A stretch of 64,000 bases of DNA, taken from assembly GCF_032191835.1 (NCBI RefSeq), contig NC_083224.1, positions 42,842,001 through 42,906,000 on the forward strand. The letters run 5' to 3'. A model generated the notes under the pieces. That model saw only the letters and a list, made by a program, of their open reading frames with translations. It was not told the DNA's origin and did no database searches. This document shows, piece by piece, positions 1 to 11,947 of this stretch; position 1 is the stretch's first letter, and each line of letters opens with the position of its first letter. The stretch comes from Heteronotia binoei (taxonomy: Eukaryota). Both the position numbers and the translations under genes were made by a program.

Positions 1-1306
1 AAGATTTGGGTGAGTAAATGCTTCCACTGGTGAAACCCATCTTGGAATTTTTTGATAAATTTTAGGCTTTAACCATGTCCAGGTTTGATATAAAGATTTC
101 CGAAACCAATGATTCTTAAAATAAGAGTGGCCTTCAAGTCTTTGGTACCACTAATAAGCATGCCATCCCATAGTCAAATCATGTCCTTCTAACAACAATT
201 GTCTCTTATCTTTCAACAATATCCAATTTCTTATCCACAAAAGTGCAAATGCTTTATAGTACAATTGCCAGTCTGGCAGACCCATACCTGCTCTTAATTT
301 GGAGTCCTGCCAAGTTTTTAATTTAATTCTAGATTTTTTGCCTTGCCACACATATTTGACAACCAACTTGTTTATTTCTTGAAAAAATCTACTGTTTAAG
401 AATATTGGGATAGTTTGAAACAAAAATAGTAACCTTGGTAAAATATTCATCTTCATTAGGGCTATTCTTCCCATTAAAGATAAGTTCAAATCATGCCATT
501 TTTCCAAATCTTTTTTAATTTCTTTAAGTAGTTTGTCATAATTATCTGCTTTTAAATTACTGCATCTGTTTAAAATCACCACACCTAAATATTTGATTCT
601 TTTTTCATACAAAAATCCTGATTTTTGCTGGAAGGCCTGAATTTGTTCCGCCGTCATGTTCTTTGTCAAAAATTTTGTTTTATAATGATTAATTTTTAAT
701 CCTGCCCAATAACCAAATTGTTTAATCTTGTATATATATTGAGTCCATTGGTTGTTCTAATTTAAAAACTAAGTCATCAGCAAACGCTCTAAGTTTATAT
801 TGTTCATCTTTTATCACAGCTCCCTTTATGCTTGTATCTTCCCTTATTTGGTTGTTCAGTACTTCTAAGGATAAAATTAAAGTAAAGGAGACAGTGTACA
901 GCTTTGTCTCCTTATTCCTGCTTCTCAGACATACATCCAAAAGAAATATAGTAGAAGTCACTTATGCTAGTAGAAGAATGCTTATTGCTTATCTTGAAGT
1001 TGCTTGAAGATCCAGAATGAAGAGTGTTGAAAAGTAGAGAAAAAGGGAAGCCGGTGGCTAACTCTTTGGCCATTTAAAAATGGCGATCGGAACGATGAGG
1101 CTTGGGAAAAGCGGGATCGGGAAGCAGCTGCCTCCGCTGACATTCCCGATCTACCATTCTGATTCCCCTGCCTTCTGGGACCCTTCCTGCGACCCAGAGT
1201 CAAGTCATCCTTCGAGGGGCGACCCCTCAACGAACCAATTTGGAAGCAGCTCAAGACGCGACGGTCCGAGCCACTTTTAATGGCAAGCCGCCAAAACCGG
1301 AACCCA
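1..1306 (-). mobile_element. L1 LINE remnant: CpG-rich 5'UTR-like segment joined to the ORF2 RT region
   Basis: ORFs 722-961 and 151-669 carry YKLRAFADDL, IKYLGV, MNILPRLLFLFQ and GMGLPD (L1 ORF2). The 975-1306 segment is CpG-rich and non-coding-like. Confidence 0.85.
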
Positions 1307-2771
1307 TTCAGGGCCATTTTTCAATCCTAGTTTGCTCCTTACTATTCCTTCAAAGGCCAAAACAACCCTGGAAAGTGCTCTGACACTCCCCCCTGGCTTT
1401 TACTGACAGAAGCCAAGATTTGAAAGCTGGCAATGTTGTGTAGTTGTTTGTTTCTTAAAGCTACAGGGGTTGCTTCTATTTTTGGGGGAGGGGAGCTTAA
1501 CCCTCCCCAAGTTTAAAAAAAGATTTCAGATTTGTTTGCCAACCTGAGGCATTTTTCAGGTTTGTAGAATTCTGTCTTGTCTCTCCATAGTTTCAGTGTC
1601 TGGATTTAACTATTTACGGATTTGGCCATGTTGAGAATTGGATATACTGACGACACACCCCCATACTTAAAGAAGTCATTACCACATGACAGTGTGGAAG
1701 GGGCCTCATGTTTAACTTAGCTTTTTTCAAAAGGACTGAGCAGATTCATGAGGGAGTCACATGGACACATGAAACTGCCTTATACTGAATGAGATTATCA
1801 GTCCGTCAAAGTCAGTAGATTGGCAGCAGCTCTCCAGGGCCTCAGGTCAAGGTCTTTCACATTACTTACCACCTCATGCTTTAAACTGGAGATGCTGGGG
1901 ACTGAACCTGGGACCTTCTGCATGCTAAGCAGGTGCTTTGCTACTGAGCCACAGCTCAACAGCTATTAGCCATGACTGTTACACATTACATACACAGGCA
2001 GTTAACTTCTGATATCCTGCAGCCCATTAAGTGAGCAGCAGGGCTTTCTCCGCTTCTTGTTTCCTAGAGTGGCCAGTAAGTAGATTTTCAATGGATCTTG
2101 GGTCTGAACTATCAAAGGCAATTCTTTCATTACCAGAGCAATGGATTCCATGAGCTCACAAGAGCACAGAAAAAGTATTGAGCGTAGTGTTGGGCATAGG
2201 ATTCTGAGAATTTTAGCTTTCAGTTTTACTAAAGCAGCTTTCTGACACTTGTGGCTGCAATGCAATGATGCATTCAAAGAGTGTCGATAATAGCTACCGA
2301 AACCTCAGAAACCAGAAAGGTACTAATATGAGTTCTTGCATGCTTACCCCAGTGGGCAAACAGTAGCTCCCTCGGGACATTCCAGATCTGGAAAATTGTG
2401 TGTGTGTGTGTGTGAGGCTTAGCACCTCCTGCTCCTAAGGTTGTTAACTTGCAGGTGGAGACTTGAGATCTCTCAGAATTACCACTGATCTCCAGACTAC
2501 AGAGATCAGTTTCCCTGGAGTGTGAAATCAGCTTTGGAGGGCGGACTGTATGGTATTCTACCCTGCTGAAGTCTCTCCCCTCTCCAAACTCCTCCCCCCT
2601 CATGCTCTACCTCCAAATCTCCAGAAATTTTTCAACCCATCATTGGCAACCCTACTTACTGAGGGCCCAATTTGAATTAAGCCCATGAGCACATGAAAAT
2701 TTAAATTTCAAGTTTTCTGTACAGAATAACTAGAATGATAGGTAGATTTCCATTGGACTTTTAGTGACTGA

Positions 2772-3073
2772 AGCGGCCCCATGACTGAAGCAGCAGTACT
2801 GCAGTACTGTGGTCTGAACTCTCTGCTCACGACCTGAGTTCAATTCCAGCGGAAGCTGGATTCAGGTAGCCAGCTCAAGGTTGACTCGGCCTTCCATTCT
2901 TCTGAGGTCGGTAAAACGAGTACCCAGCTTGCTGGGGAGAAAGTGTAAAAGACTGGGGAAGGCAATGGCAAACCACCCCGTAAAAAGTCTGCTGTGAAAA
3001 TGTTGTGAAAGCAACGTCACCCGAGAGTCGGAAATGACTGGTGCTTGCACAGGGAACCTTTCATTTCCTTTCC
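2772..3073 (+). mobile_element. Sauria SINE (Squam1)-like element
   Basis: tRNA-like head and Bov-B-type tail (ggcaatggcaaaccac) with an accttt-like end. 12-bp TSD tttagtgactga at 2760-2771 and 3074-3085. Confidence 0.85.
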
Positions 3074-3777
3074 TTTAGTGACTGAGGGTGGGAGTTTGAG
3101 TGGTCTGCTGTTAGTGTTTCTCTCCATGATAGAATAAACCATGCAGTGGTAAAAGCTCTGCATGCATTGTGCAACACAGAACATAGGTTTGCTCAATTTG
3201 ATAAGCAGAACTCAGGTTGCAGAACTCAGTTTTCCTTGATATAGAATTTGGATTGCTTGGCTGCAGAGTTTTTATTTATTTTTAACCATCAAGTACACAT
3301 AATCCTGAGCACAACTCCACCACCACAACTATCAGCATTTTGACAATCTGTCTCAGATATTTCTTCCGTCTGCTGACTCCAGCTCTGGGATCAGGAGAGG
3401 GCTGTTGGTTGCCTTGATGTATCATAGGTAAAAAAAATAAAATGCTATTTCTCTTTTATTAGACATGCTGCAGGAACTTACTTTGGCTGGCTTAATGTGG
3501 CTGATATAAGTGGTAGCTGTAGCAATTGCTATGCTTGGAGGCTTATTAGTAAGCGTTGCCCAGTAAAACAACTCTCCATGCTGTGAGCCAGTTCAGTATA
3601 AGTGGAGCGCTCTGGAAAGGGTCTGCATGGTCCGTATCCCTGTTCAGCTCTTAAGATATTTTCATGGAACTCCAGGGGTCTTTTTCAAAAAGAAAAAATA
3701 ACACAGCACATAAATGACATGTTTCAAAGAGTTTCATATAGTTATCCTTGCAAAAGCCATGTAAGGTCATGTATATA

Positions 3778-3960
3778 GAATGCCATCAAGTTGTAGCTGA
3801 CTTATGGCAACACCAGTAAGAGGATTTCAAAGCAAATGAGAAGCAGATGTGGTTTATCAGTGCCTTCTTCTCCGGAGTGTTCTTTGGTGGTTTCCTATCC
3901 AAGAATGGACCCTGCTTAGCTTCTGAGATCTGATGAGATCAGGCAGTACCATGCCGCTTT
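3778..3960 (-). mobile_element. 5S rRNA-headed SINE with RTE/Bov-B tail (other copies at about 16005-16192 -, 19630-19815 +, 32565-32772 -)
   Basis: The minus strand reads gatctcatcagatctcagaagctaagcagggtc, which matches the 5S internal promoter region, followed by a gccataagtcag tail. Confidence 0.75.
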
Positions 3961-5288
3961 CCCTCTCCTTTAAGATTAGCCCACATTATTATAAACGTAT
4001 GAAGTGATCTTCTACCAAGTCAGACTGTTGGTCCAGCTAGTAGGAGCAGTCTTGACCAACTCTTGTTACTTTTCTTTAGCTAGGACGTTTTTGTATGAAA
4101 AGTGGGCACTCTGCTGTTGAGTCAGTATTGCAGAGAATGGGAGTTCTAAAGCTGGGAGAATATTGACAGCTAGGTCTACCTGGTAATAGTTGAGGTGAGA
4201 TTGAACAAGTAATTCCTTGCCTCACAACTCTCCCCACACCCAGCTCAAAACAGCCAAAGTCCTTCTGCTTTGAAAGGCACAATACCTGGTTGTTACAGCT
4301 GGGAATTTCAAGAAACCCCCTCTCCTGTTAGTTGTTGGGTGTTCTGTGCAGAAACTGAAAACAGTTTTGTTTTCTGTGGATTTTGGCAGGACCAAATTAT
4401 AAAGAAAATGGAAACAGACAGAGTAAAGGGCTCCAGCCTGTAGACGACTTGTCTCTTGTGAAGTTGGCTCCCCTTCGAACCATTCCTCAATTATGATGCA
4501 AGTCTAGGCTAAAATAAGTTGTTCTCAAGAGGCAGTGAGAAAGCTTGGATTCAAAGAAAAGGTAAAAAAGCCTGAGAATAGTGCTGCACAATGTTCCTTT
4601 TGCATTTGGAAATGGATCCACTGGGATCATGTTTGCACTTCCAGAACAGCACATAGTTTTCACTGGCAAAAACATCAAGAGTTAAGGAAACTTTAGCATG
4701 TGGAAACAGAACTTTAAATTTGCATTTCAAACCAGTCCTTCTGGAGCTGAAAGTAGGATTTGGCTGCCAGTGGTAGAACATTGCTAGGATTAGAGTGACT
4801 TCTCCTTCCAAACCCACACAAAACAGTCAAGAGCGCTCATGTCTCAAGGCTGCTTCACATATTTTATGTGGTGGCATGCCTGTCTTTTGCCTCGCTTTCA
4901 CTGTGCATGTCCATCAGGGTTTTGTTTGGGGTTTTTTTTGGTTCTGCATTGTTTTTCTTTTCTTCATAATTCATTTCACTTTCTGTTCACTTTTCCTGAG
5001 ATTTCTGAGAGTGTTTTTGTGCCGGTTTTCCCCGTGCTTTGCTTCCAAGCCAAAGTTAATTCAAAAGTATACAGATTCCCTCAAGTTTCTTCTCCACCCT
5101 TTCCCTGTATCTCCTAGGCCACTCCCATGTCCACATCCAGGTCATTCTGCCTACTTTCTATCTTCCACCATTCATCAATGTATCCGTTGTTATTTTACAT
5201 TTGAGCTTTTTTACAAGTGGAATGGGTCTAGCATTATGCAACTCCCGCTAGTTTCATGCCACTTGTAAAACAATGACTCCAGCTGGGT

Positions 5289-5818
5289 TGCCCTCTACTC
5301 CGTACTTGCACCGAGGTCTTTAGGAACATCTTTGGCCCCATGAATCACAACGAGCTCAATCTAGAGCTGAAAAGCAAGTTGTGAGAGATCTGTGAGGACA
5401 GCCAGAAGTGCTGGGACTACAGTTTCCAGACTGAGGACCCACTGCCTGGCCTGGAAAATCTGCTGTGGGAAGAGGTGGAGGGCTACTCCATGCCTGCTTT
5501 CTACCTGGAGACCCTGCAGGTTGGGAGGTGCCTATTCCCGGTACTGGTGATCTGAGCCAAGCTTCTACTGCCTGGCAGCACCAAGGCACCTGTTGCAGCA
5601 GAGCCCAGAGATTATCCCCAGAAGCTGAGGCATTCTTCTGCTTTGGCTGTCCTGACCAGCCCACAGGACAAGCCTGCTGCCTTGGCCAGCACCATAGCAG
5701 GGACCAAGGAGCATCTCAACCAGGAGAACTCAGCTGGTCAATTTAACAACTTCTCAGGGATTATACCCAAGCCTGTGCCATGCATGGCTACAGCTCTGAA
5801 AAGAGCATCTTCAACCAG
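5289..5818 (+). pseudogene. CDKN1C: CDKN1C (p57Kip2)-like pseudogene
   Basis: One frame reads RNIFGPMNHNELNLELKSKL*EICEDSQKCWDYSFQTEDPLPGLENLLWEEVEGYSMPAFYLETLQVGRC. This is a Cip/Kip CDI domain with the p57-type PAFYxETxQVGRC tail, and later LNQENSAGQ...LKRASS. In-frame TGA stops lie at 5382 and 5553, and there is no native start. Confidence 0.88.
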
Positions 5819-6208
5819 TTTAAAAATAAATCTGATACAATGGTACCACTGCCACTGCAAACTTATGCCACAATTGTTAAAAAAGAATAGTGTGTAAGGC
5901 CATTCCAAAATGACATTCTACCCCAATTTAGAAAAAATGCATTTTAAAAATTGTAGCTGCAGCATGAATACACCAGGAGAAAAAGAATAGTGTGTAAGGG
6001 CATTCCAAAGAATCTGAATTCAAACTTAAAGGCTTTTTGCTCAGAAAAATCTTCAGTAAGTTGTCTATACATAATAGGCCTTTGTGACTGTGACCAAACA
6101 TACCTGTGGAATTCTTGCATTTGCAAAGATGGGGCTACCACAATTGTACATTATCTTTTTACATGCACAAACAAAACATTGAGAAATTGCCTTGGTTTCT
6201 CATATGAT

Positions 6209-6420
6209 GGAGAGGGACGGTGGCTCAGTGGTAGAGCATCTGCTTGGGAAGTAGAAGGTCCCAGGTTCAATCCCTGGCATCTCCAAAAAAGGGTCCAGGC
6301 AAATAGGTGTGAAAACCCTAAGCTTGAGACCCTGGAGAGTCGCTGCCAGTCTGAGAAGACAATACTGACTTTGATGGACCAAGGGTCTGATTCAGTATAA
6401 GGCAGCTTCATGTGTTCATG
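6209..6420 (+). mobile_element. tRNA-head / CR1-tail SINE (near-identical copies at 34156-34375 + and 61735-61950 -; older copies at about 1765-1955, 23285-23480, 35030-35230, 46590-46800, 53395-53835)
   Basis: A-box gtggctcagtggtag, B-box ggttcaatccc, and the CR1-like tail gatggaccaagggtctgattcagtataaggcagcttc. Confidence 0.85.
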
Positions 6421-6599
6421 GGAAACTCCAGAAACAGCTTTGTAGGTGGGGAGAGAACACTGGAAGGCTAACGACACAGTTATACCAATCAGAGTTATAC
6501 TATTCCAAGCCCATTGACTTCAGTGGATTTAGAACAGTGTAACTTTCCTTAGGACTGCATTGTTAGTCTTTGGACATGTTCCAGTTTATCTATATTATT

Positions 6600-7640
6600 C
6601 TTAATTGTGGTGCTTAAAATTGAACACAATACTCTAGGTGAGGTCTAACTAGATTAGAACAAAGCAATATCATCACTTCGCTTGATCTGGACACTATACT
6701 TCTATTGATACAGCCCAAAATCACATTTGCCTTTTTTACGATATCAGACTAATGACTCATGTTCAGTGTATGGTCCACTAAGACCCCTAGATCCTTTTCG
6801 CACATGCTACTGCGAAGACAAGTCTCTCTCATCCTGTAATTATCTTGTATTTGATTTGTCCTACCTTGTAACACAGCAGGGGACCAGGACGAGCCTTCTA
6901 CTGGCTGCCACCACTCTGGTAAGGGTCTCTATGGGAGTCACAGAGCATCCAACCACCCCTGTATCTTCCTTATTAGCAAAACCTTTTAACTGTGACCATA
7001 GAGATGTGAGGACCCAGGCAGTTTAACAGTGGCAGTTTAACAGTGACAACAAGCAATTTAACAGTAACAACAAGCAATTCACACAACACACAATAAGTGT
7101 GTTGTAAAACTTCTTAGCGCACAGTGAATATACAAACAGTAGAGGTTGGTATAAAGAAATAAACAGCCCTGACACAACTAGCTGTATGTTTCCTTCCTCT
7201 GATACCAAAGGTTCACCTTCCTTTAGTGAGGGAACCCTCCTGCTGCTGCAGTCTCTCCAGAGAGAACCTTTCTACCTTCAGCTTTTCCGAGAGAGAATAA
7301 CTTCCCTTTCTTGCTGGGCCTTTTATGCTTTTCTTCCAGGTCCCACCCATTCTGGGCCAGTTTTCCCTTCAAAAACTCTACTACCCAATCAGAGGAACAG
7401 AAAGGGTCTTGGGAGATGTAGGTTCACTAGGCACTCATACGCAGGCTTCTCTGAAGCCTGTAAACCTCACTAGGCCTAGGATGATAACACATCTAAATGC
7501 AGAACTTTACATTTATCCCTGTTAAAATTCATTTTATTTGTTTTATCCTAGTTTTCCAGCCCATCAAGATCATCCTGTATCCTGACTCTGTCTTCTACTC
7601 ACTGTATTTGCTACCCCTCTCAATTTAGTATATCTGCACT
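6600..7640 (-). mobile_element. CR1 LINE fragment split by a solo LTR
   Basis: CR1 RT-region sequence at 6600-6866 resumes at 7490-7640 (ctacct|...|catctaaatgcagaactttacattt). Confidence 0.75.
6867..7489. mobile_element. Solo LTR (623 bp)
   Basis: TGTAACA...ATAACA termini, an imperfect 5-bp TSD (tacct/catct), clean interruption of the CR1, and short internal tandem repeats at 7016-7080. Confidence 0.65.
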
Positions 7641-10214
7641 GATTTTTAGCCTTTATGGCCACAAGGCTGCTGCTGTTTGTTCTTTTCATAGTCACTGATG
7701 TTCACAAGGCAATGACAACAGCTGTAAAGTCTCTGAAGAGTTGGAAATGCAGCTGAACTCAAAGGAAACGAGGTTTCACTGACCTTTGGAATGAGCATGT
7801 TGGAGGGGTTATATGGCCAGCTCTTCTAACAGGGATAATTCCTACACTGTTCAGACCAGCCAAAGTGGCAGACCTCGTAAAGACCTAAACATTGGTAAGC
7901 TTCGCCACCCAATGCCTTGACTCAGTTCAGTTTATGGGCTTTTGGTACTTACTACAGCCCACTAATGATCTCTGTGGTATTTGACCTTGTAAACACTCCA
8001 GACAGAGAATTAATAACTTCATACAGGCCTGTTTGGACAAGGATAGCTGATGTGTTGCTTTATGCTTGGTCTAGGTATTTACAGTTGGACCCACCCTATG
8101 TCATGGAGAGGACCATTCGCACCTTTAAAAAGTAAAAATAACCAGTCATGAAAAGTAGGGTGGTACATGTCTTCCTTTCTCCTCTTCTTTCATAGTCACA
8201 TTTTTAATTAAGAGGGGCAGTCCGAGTGTTCAGTGCATCAGTGAACCACAAAGAGCTGATCTTGGGAGTTTACTGCAACCACTGGCATTGGGTTACATTG
8301 TTCTCCCCATGTTTAAATTGATAATTAATTGCTGCTGTACTCTTTATAGTCTTTAATTTATTATGTATTTAGAAAATATATGTTCTGCCTTCCCAGAGAC
8401 CTGCTCACAAAGTAAAAATGAGATAATAAAATCATAAAAGCAACAACATAATAATTATCAATGATAGCAGAAGCCATTAAATCAGCATAAGACAACATCC
8501 ATAAAATCCATAAAACAGTCCTTAGGCTACACACATACCATAAATAACTAAGTCCCTTATTATTCTGCACAGTGGTGTTCATCCAAATGTGCATGTAATC
8601 TTTCATACAATTGGCAATTGCACTAGGGTTGCCAGGTTCATTTGAGATACTGGCAGAGGTGGGCGGGTGAGATGTTCCATGAGAAGGAAGTGTTACTATC
8701 CTGATCCTCCAGGATCGTCGTCCAACCCCTTGCACAATGCAGGAAATTCACTGGAAATGACGTTTCATGCCATGCCTGTGTCACTCAGAAGTGACATAGA
8801 CGTGTTGGGGGTAATACTCTGGTTTTTGGGCAAAACTCTATAGTAAAATTGCCCTCAAACCATAGAGTTTTACCTAAAAACCACCCACTGTGCCCATGTC
8901 ACTTTCAGGTGATACAGGCATGGTGTGCAACATTGCTGGGGGGAGGGATTTCCTCCCACCAGCCAGCTGGCGGCTGGTGAGGGGCAGGAGCCTGCAAAAT
9001 TAAAAGAGCCCTCACCCCCAACTGGGGAATGACAAGCCTAAATTGCACTATTCACCTTTTTAGCAGAAAGTGGTATGGCTTAACTCCAACTTTTCACTTC
9101 CTGTCCCTAGCAGTTTGTCAGTACTATTGCTGATTTGCTAAAAAGGCTGATAGGAAGAGGAACTGACTGTGTGGTTGTTGGCTCAAAATTTAAGCTACCT
9201 TGGCATGAATCTTTTCAAGCATAGAATATACTTAGCCTTGGGCACAGGGAGACAGTGGAATAGACATTCTCCTGTCAAGTGGCTTGGATTATGGTCCAGG
9301 TCTGGTTGTGTTTGCATTGCGTGCTGCAGTTTATTTCTTGAAGCTGCAAGGAGTGCAGAGATTGGTAAGAAAAAATATGGATGGTGGAAGCAAACAGGAA
9401 CTAGGCAGGTTCTCTTCGTGTCTATTTTTAAATGATCTGCACAGCTTCAGCTGGACTAAATTTAGAAAAGAAAAACTAATGGCTTCCTGCTTTTCCTTTC
9501 AGCACTTTCTTCAGCTATTTCCTGGCATGTGTTTTTATGGTCTAATTGCTTGGAAGGCATAAGCTGGGCAAATGGGCAAAGAATGTACGCTCTTGGGAGC
9601 TGGTGGCCAACCATATCGCTGTCATTCAGGTGAGTGGAGAAGGCCACACCAAAGCAGATGTTTATCACGTTCCAGTTGGAGGGTCCATCCCCAACCCATT
9701 CCCCATATCTGTACACTCTCCTTTGGGCATCAGAAGCGAGAGGAAACATATTTGGAGGCAAGATAAGATTGCCAACTGACCAAAAATATTCCCTGTCGCT
9801 TTAACAGGGGTTTGCTATACAATTGATGCTTTTCATGGCATGGAGCTAAATAAACTTAGCTCCATGATAATTGATAATTGCTGCGGATCAAATGGCAGGA
9901 AAGGAAAAGATAAAAGGTCCCATTTAAAAACTGACAGCTCTAAGGCTGCAGACAATTTTTTACTTACTTCCTCCCCCCTCTATACTAACAGAAGGAAGTC
10001 ATTTTTGCAGATTGCAGAAGCCAGTTTATACTGATTTTGTGGGTCAGATTACTGTCCATGGGGACAGGAGATCTGTATGAATGAAGTTGACTGGCATTGA
10101 ACCTCAGGAACTGGAAGAGTACACAACCCTAGTTCCACCATTTGTGAATTAAGCACTATTTGTATCTGCAAAGTCTAGTCCCATGTTTCTCTCATTCTGT
10201 AAAAGTAAAGTATC

Positions 10215-10768
10215 CTGTCTCAAAACAGATACTGGAGAGCTGGAAAGAGGGCAACTTAGATGATTAAGGGTTGAAGCATCTTTCCTATGAGGAAAGGCAG
10301 AAGAATCTGGGACTTCTCAGTCTAGAAACAGAGACAGCTGAGGGGGGATCGTAATAATGGTTTATAAAATTAGGCATGGGGTAGAGAGAGCTTATTCCCC
10401 CTCTCCCATAGTACTAGAACTGGGGCACACAGTGAAGTTGATGGGCAGCAGTTTTAGACAAAATGAAATACTTCTTTGCTCAACAAGTAATTAAATTATG
10501 ACATTCACTGCCAGTGGATGTAGTGATTGCCATGTCCATAGATACTTTAAATGGGGGATTAGACATATTAATGGAGGACAGATCCTTCAATGGATACTAG
10601 CCATGATGAGTTAAGGGAATTAGCTATGCAGAGTTAGCATACTCCTGAACAGTAGTTCTAGGAAGCAGCCTTGGCCTCTGTACTCTGCTTGTTGGCCCTT
10701 CAGAACAATAGGTTGACTTATGAGTGAAAGGGTGTGCTGGACAAATTAGACCACTTGGATCCAGCAGG
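10215..10768 (+). mobile_element. CR1 LINE 3' end
   Basis: Decayed ORF2 C-terminus (tatgaggaaaggc...gggacttctcagtctagaa) plus the CR1 3'UTR. Confidence 0.8.
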
Positions 10769-11947
10769 TGATGATGATTATGATGATTATGAGATTGGAT
10801 TTATACCTGCCCTTAATTACCCAAAGGAGTTTCAGAGCAGTTTACAATCTCCTTTCCCTTCCCCTTCTCATAACAGACACCCTGTGAGGTAGGTAGGGCT
10901 GAGAGCTCTGACAGAAACTGCTCTTGAGCAGATCAGCTCTGGGAAAGTTATGACTGACCCAAGGTCACTCCAGCAGTTGCACATGAAGGAGTGGGGAATC
11001 AAACCCAGTTCTCCCAGATAAGAGTCCAGGCACTTAAACACTACACCACACTGGCTCTCTTAGGATAGAAAAAGGAGTTCAATTCTACATTGTTTGAGAA
11101 GATTTCCTCTTTGATTCTGTTAACCCAGTTAAAATATTAGTATGTAAGCAAATGCAATCTGTACCAGTTTATAAATGGTTAAAAGATGTGGGAAGAAAAT
11201 ATCAGGGTCCTAATAAAATTCTGTTTTTCTTTAGAGTGTGTCTGAAAGATACAGAACCTACTCATAGAACCTAGTGAGCTTTGCATCAGCCAGGATCAGA
11301 ACTAGGAATGCCAACTGATCAGGGAAAAAATAACTTACCTGGCCAGAAATCAATAGGTTGCTAGGTCTCCCACTGTGGTTTGAGCCCCCCCCCCACTAGT
11401 AACTGTTCTGACCTGCTGGTGCTCTGAGTGGCAGCAGGAGGAAAGCTTTAAAATCTGCTGGTGTTGTGGGTGGCATGATGGCAGTTCAGGGGAATACTTG
11501 GAACAAGTGACATCACGTAGCTCTTTAAAGGCTGGCAGCCACAGAGTTTTCAGGAATTCCTAGAGCAACCTGATGTCTCTTCTGTTTTTTTCTTGAAGTG
11601 ACATCATGGTGTATGCATCTCTGTGCATGATTCCCCATGTCCCTGCTCCCAAGCTTCTGCTGGTTGTCAGGTACCTCAGGCTACCCCAGTAGATGAAGCT
11701 TTTTGCAACATGCAGATAAATGGTATCACCAACTAATGTCTGCACATTGAACTGACATGCAAGACACAGACAGCAGGGCTGGTAAAAAAAAATCTAATTG
11801 GCAGTCCAATTGTGATAGAGTGGCAAAAGCCAGTTTGCTTTGTGTATGGCCTGGCATGCATTCTGCCAGCTTTGCTCACAGCGGTACAACTGGAGGGTCA
11901 GGATGGCATAACTGATCATTGTGGCTGCTGCAGGCTCAAAACATCAC

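Noticed and set aside
4795-5268. 157-aa ORF, and similar 100-190 aa ORFs at 5990, 25789, 39299, 42386, 52159 and 61779
   Set aside because: These have low-complexity or repeat-derived composition, overlap SINEs/MITEs, or are antisense shadows of real exons; none has a recognisable domain.
6209-6285. tRNA-like A and B boxes, and 5S-like sequence at 3900-3960
   Set aside because: They are heads of SINEs fused to LINE tails, not tRNA or rRNA genes.
7016-7080. Short regularly spaced repeats (CRISPR-like at first glance)
   Set aside because: Degenerate tandem units without unique spacers, inside a vertebrate LTR; there is no CRISPR array in this window.
9559-9630. Exon-like segment (ag|GHKLGKWAKNVRSWELVANHIAVIQ|gtgagt), with other ag..gt segments near 7853-7892 and 9300-9363
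   Set aside because: I recognised no protein and could not build a phase-consistent multi-exon model; such splice-like flanks occur by chance.
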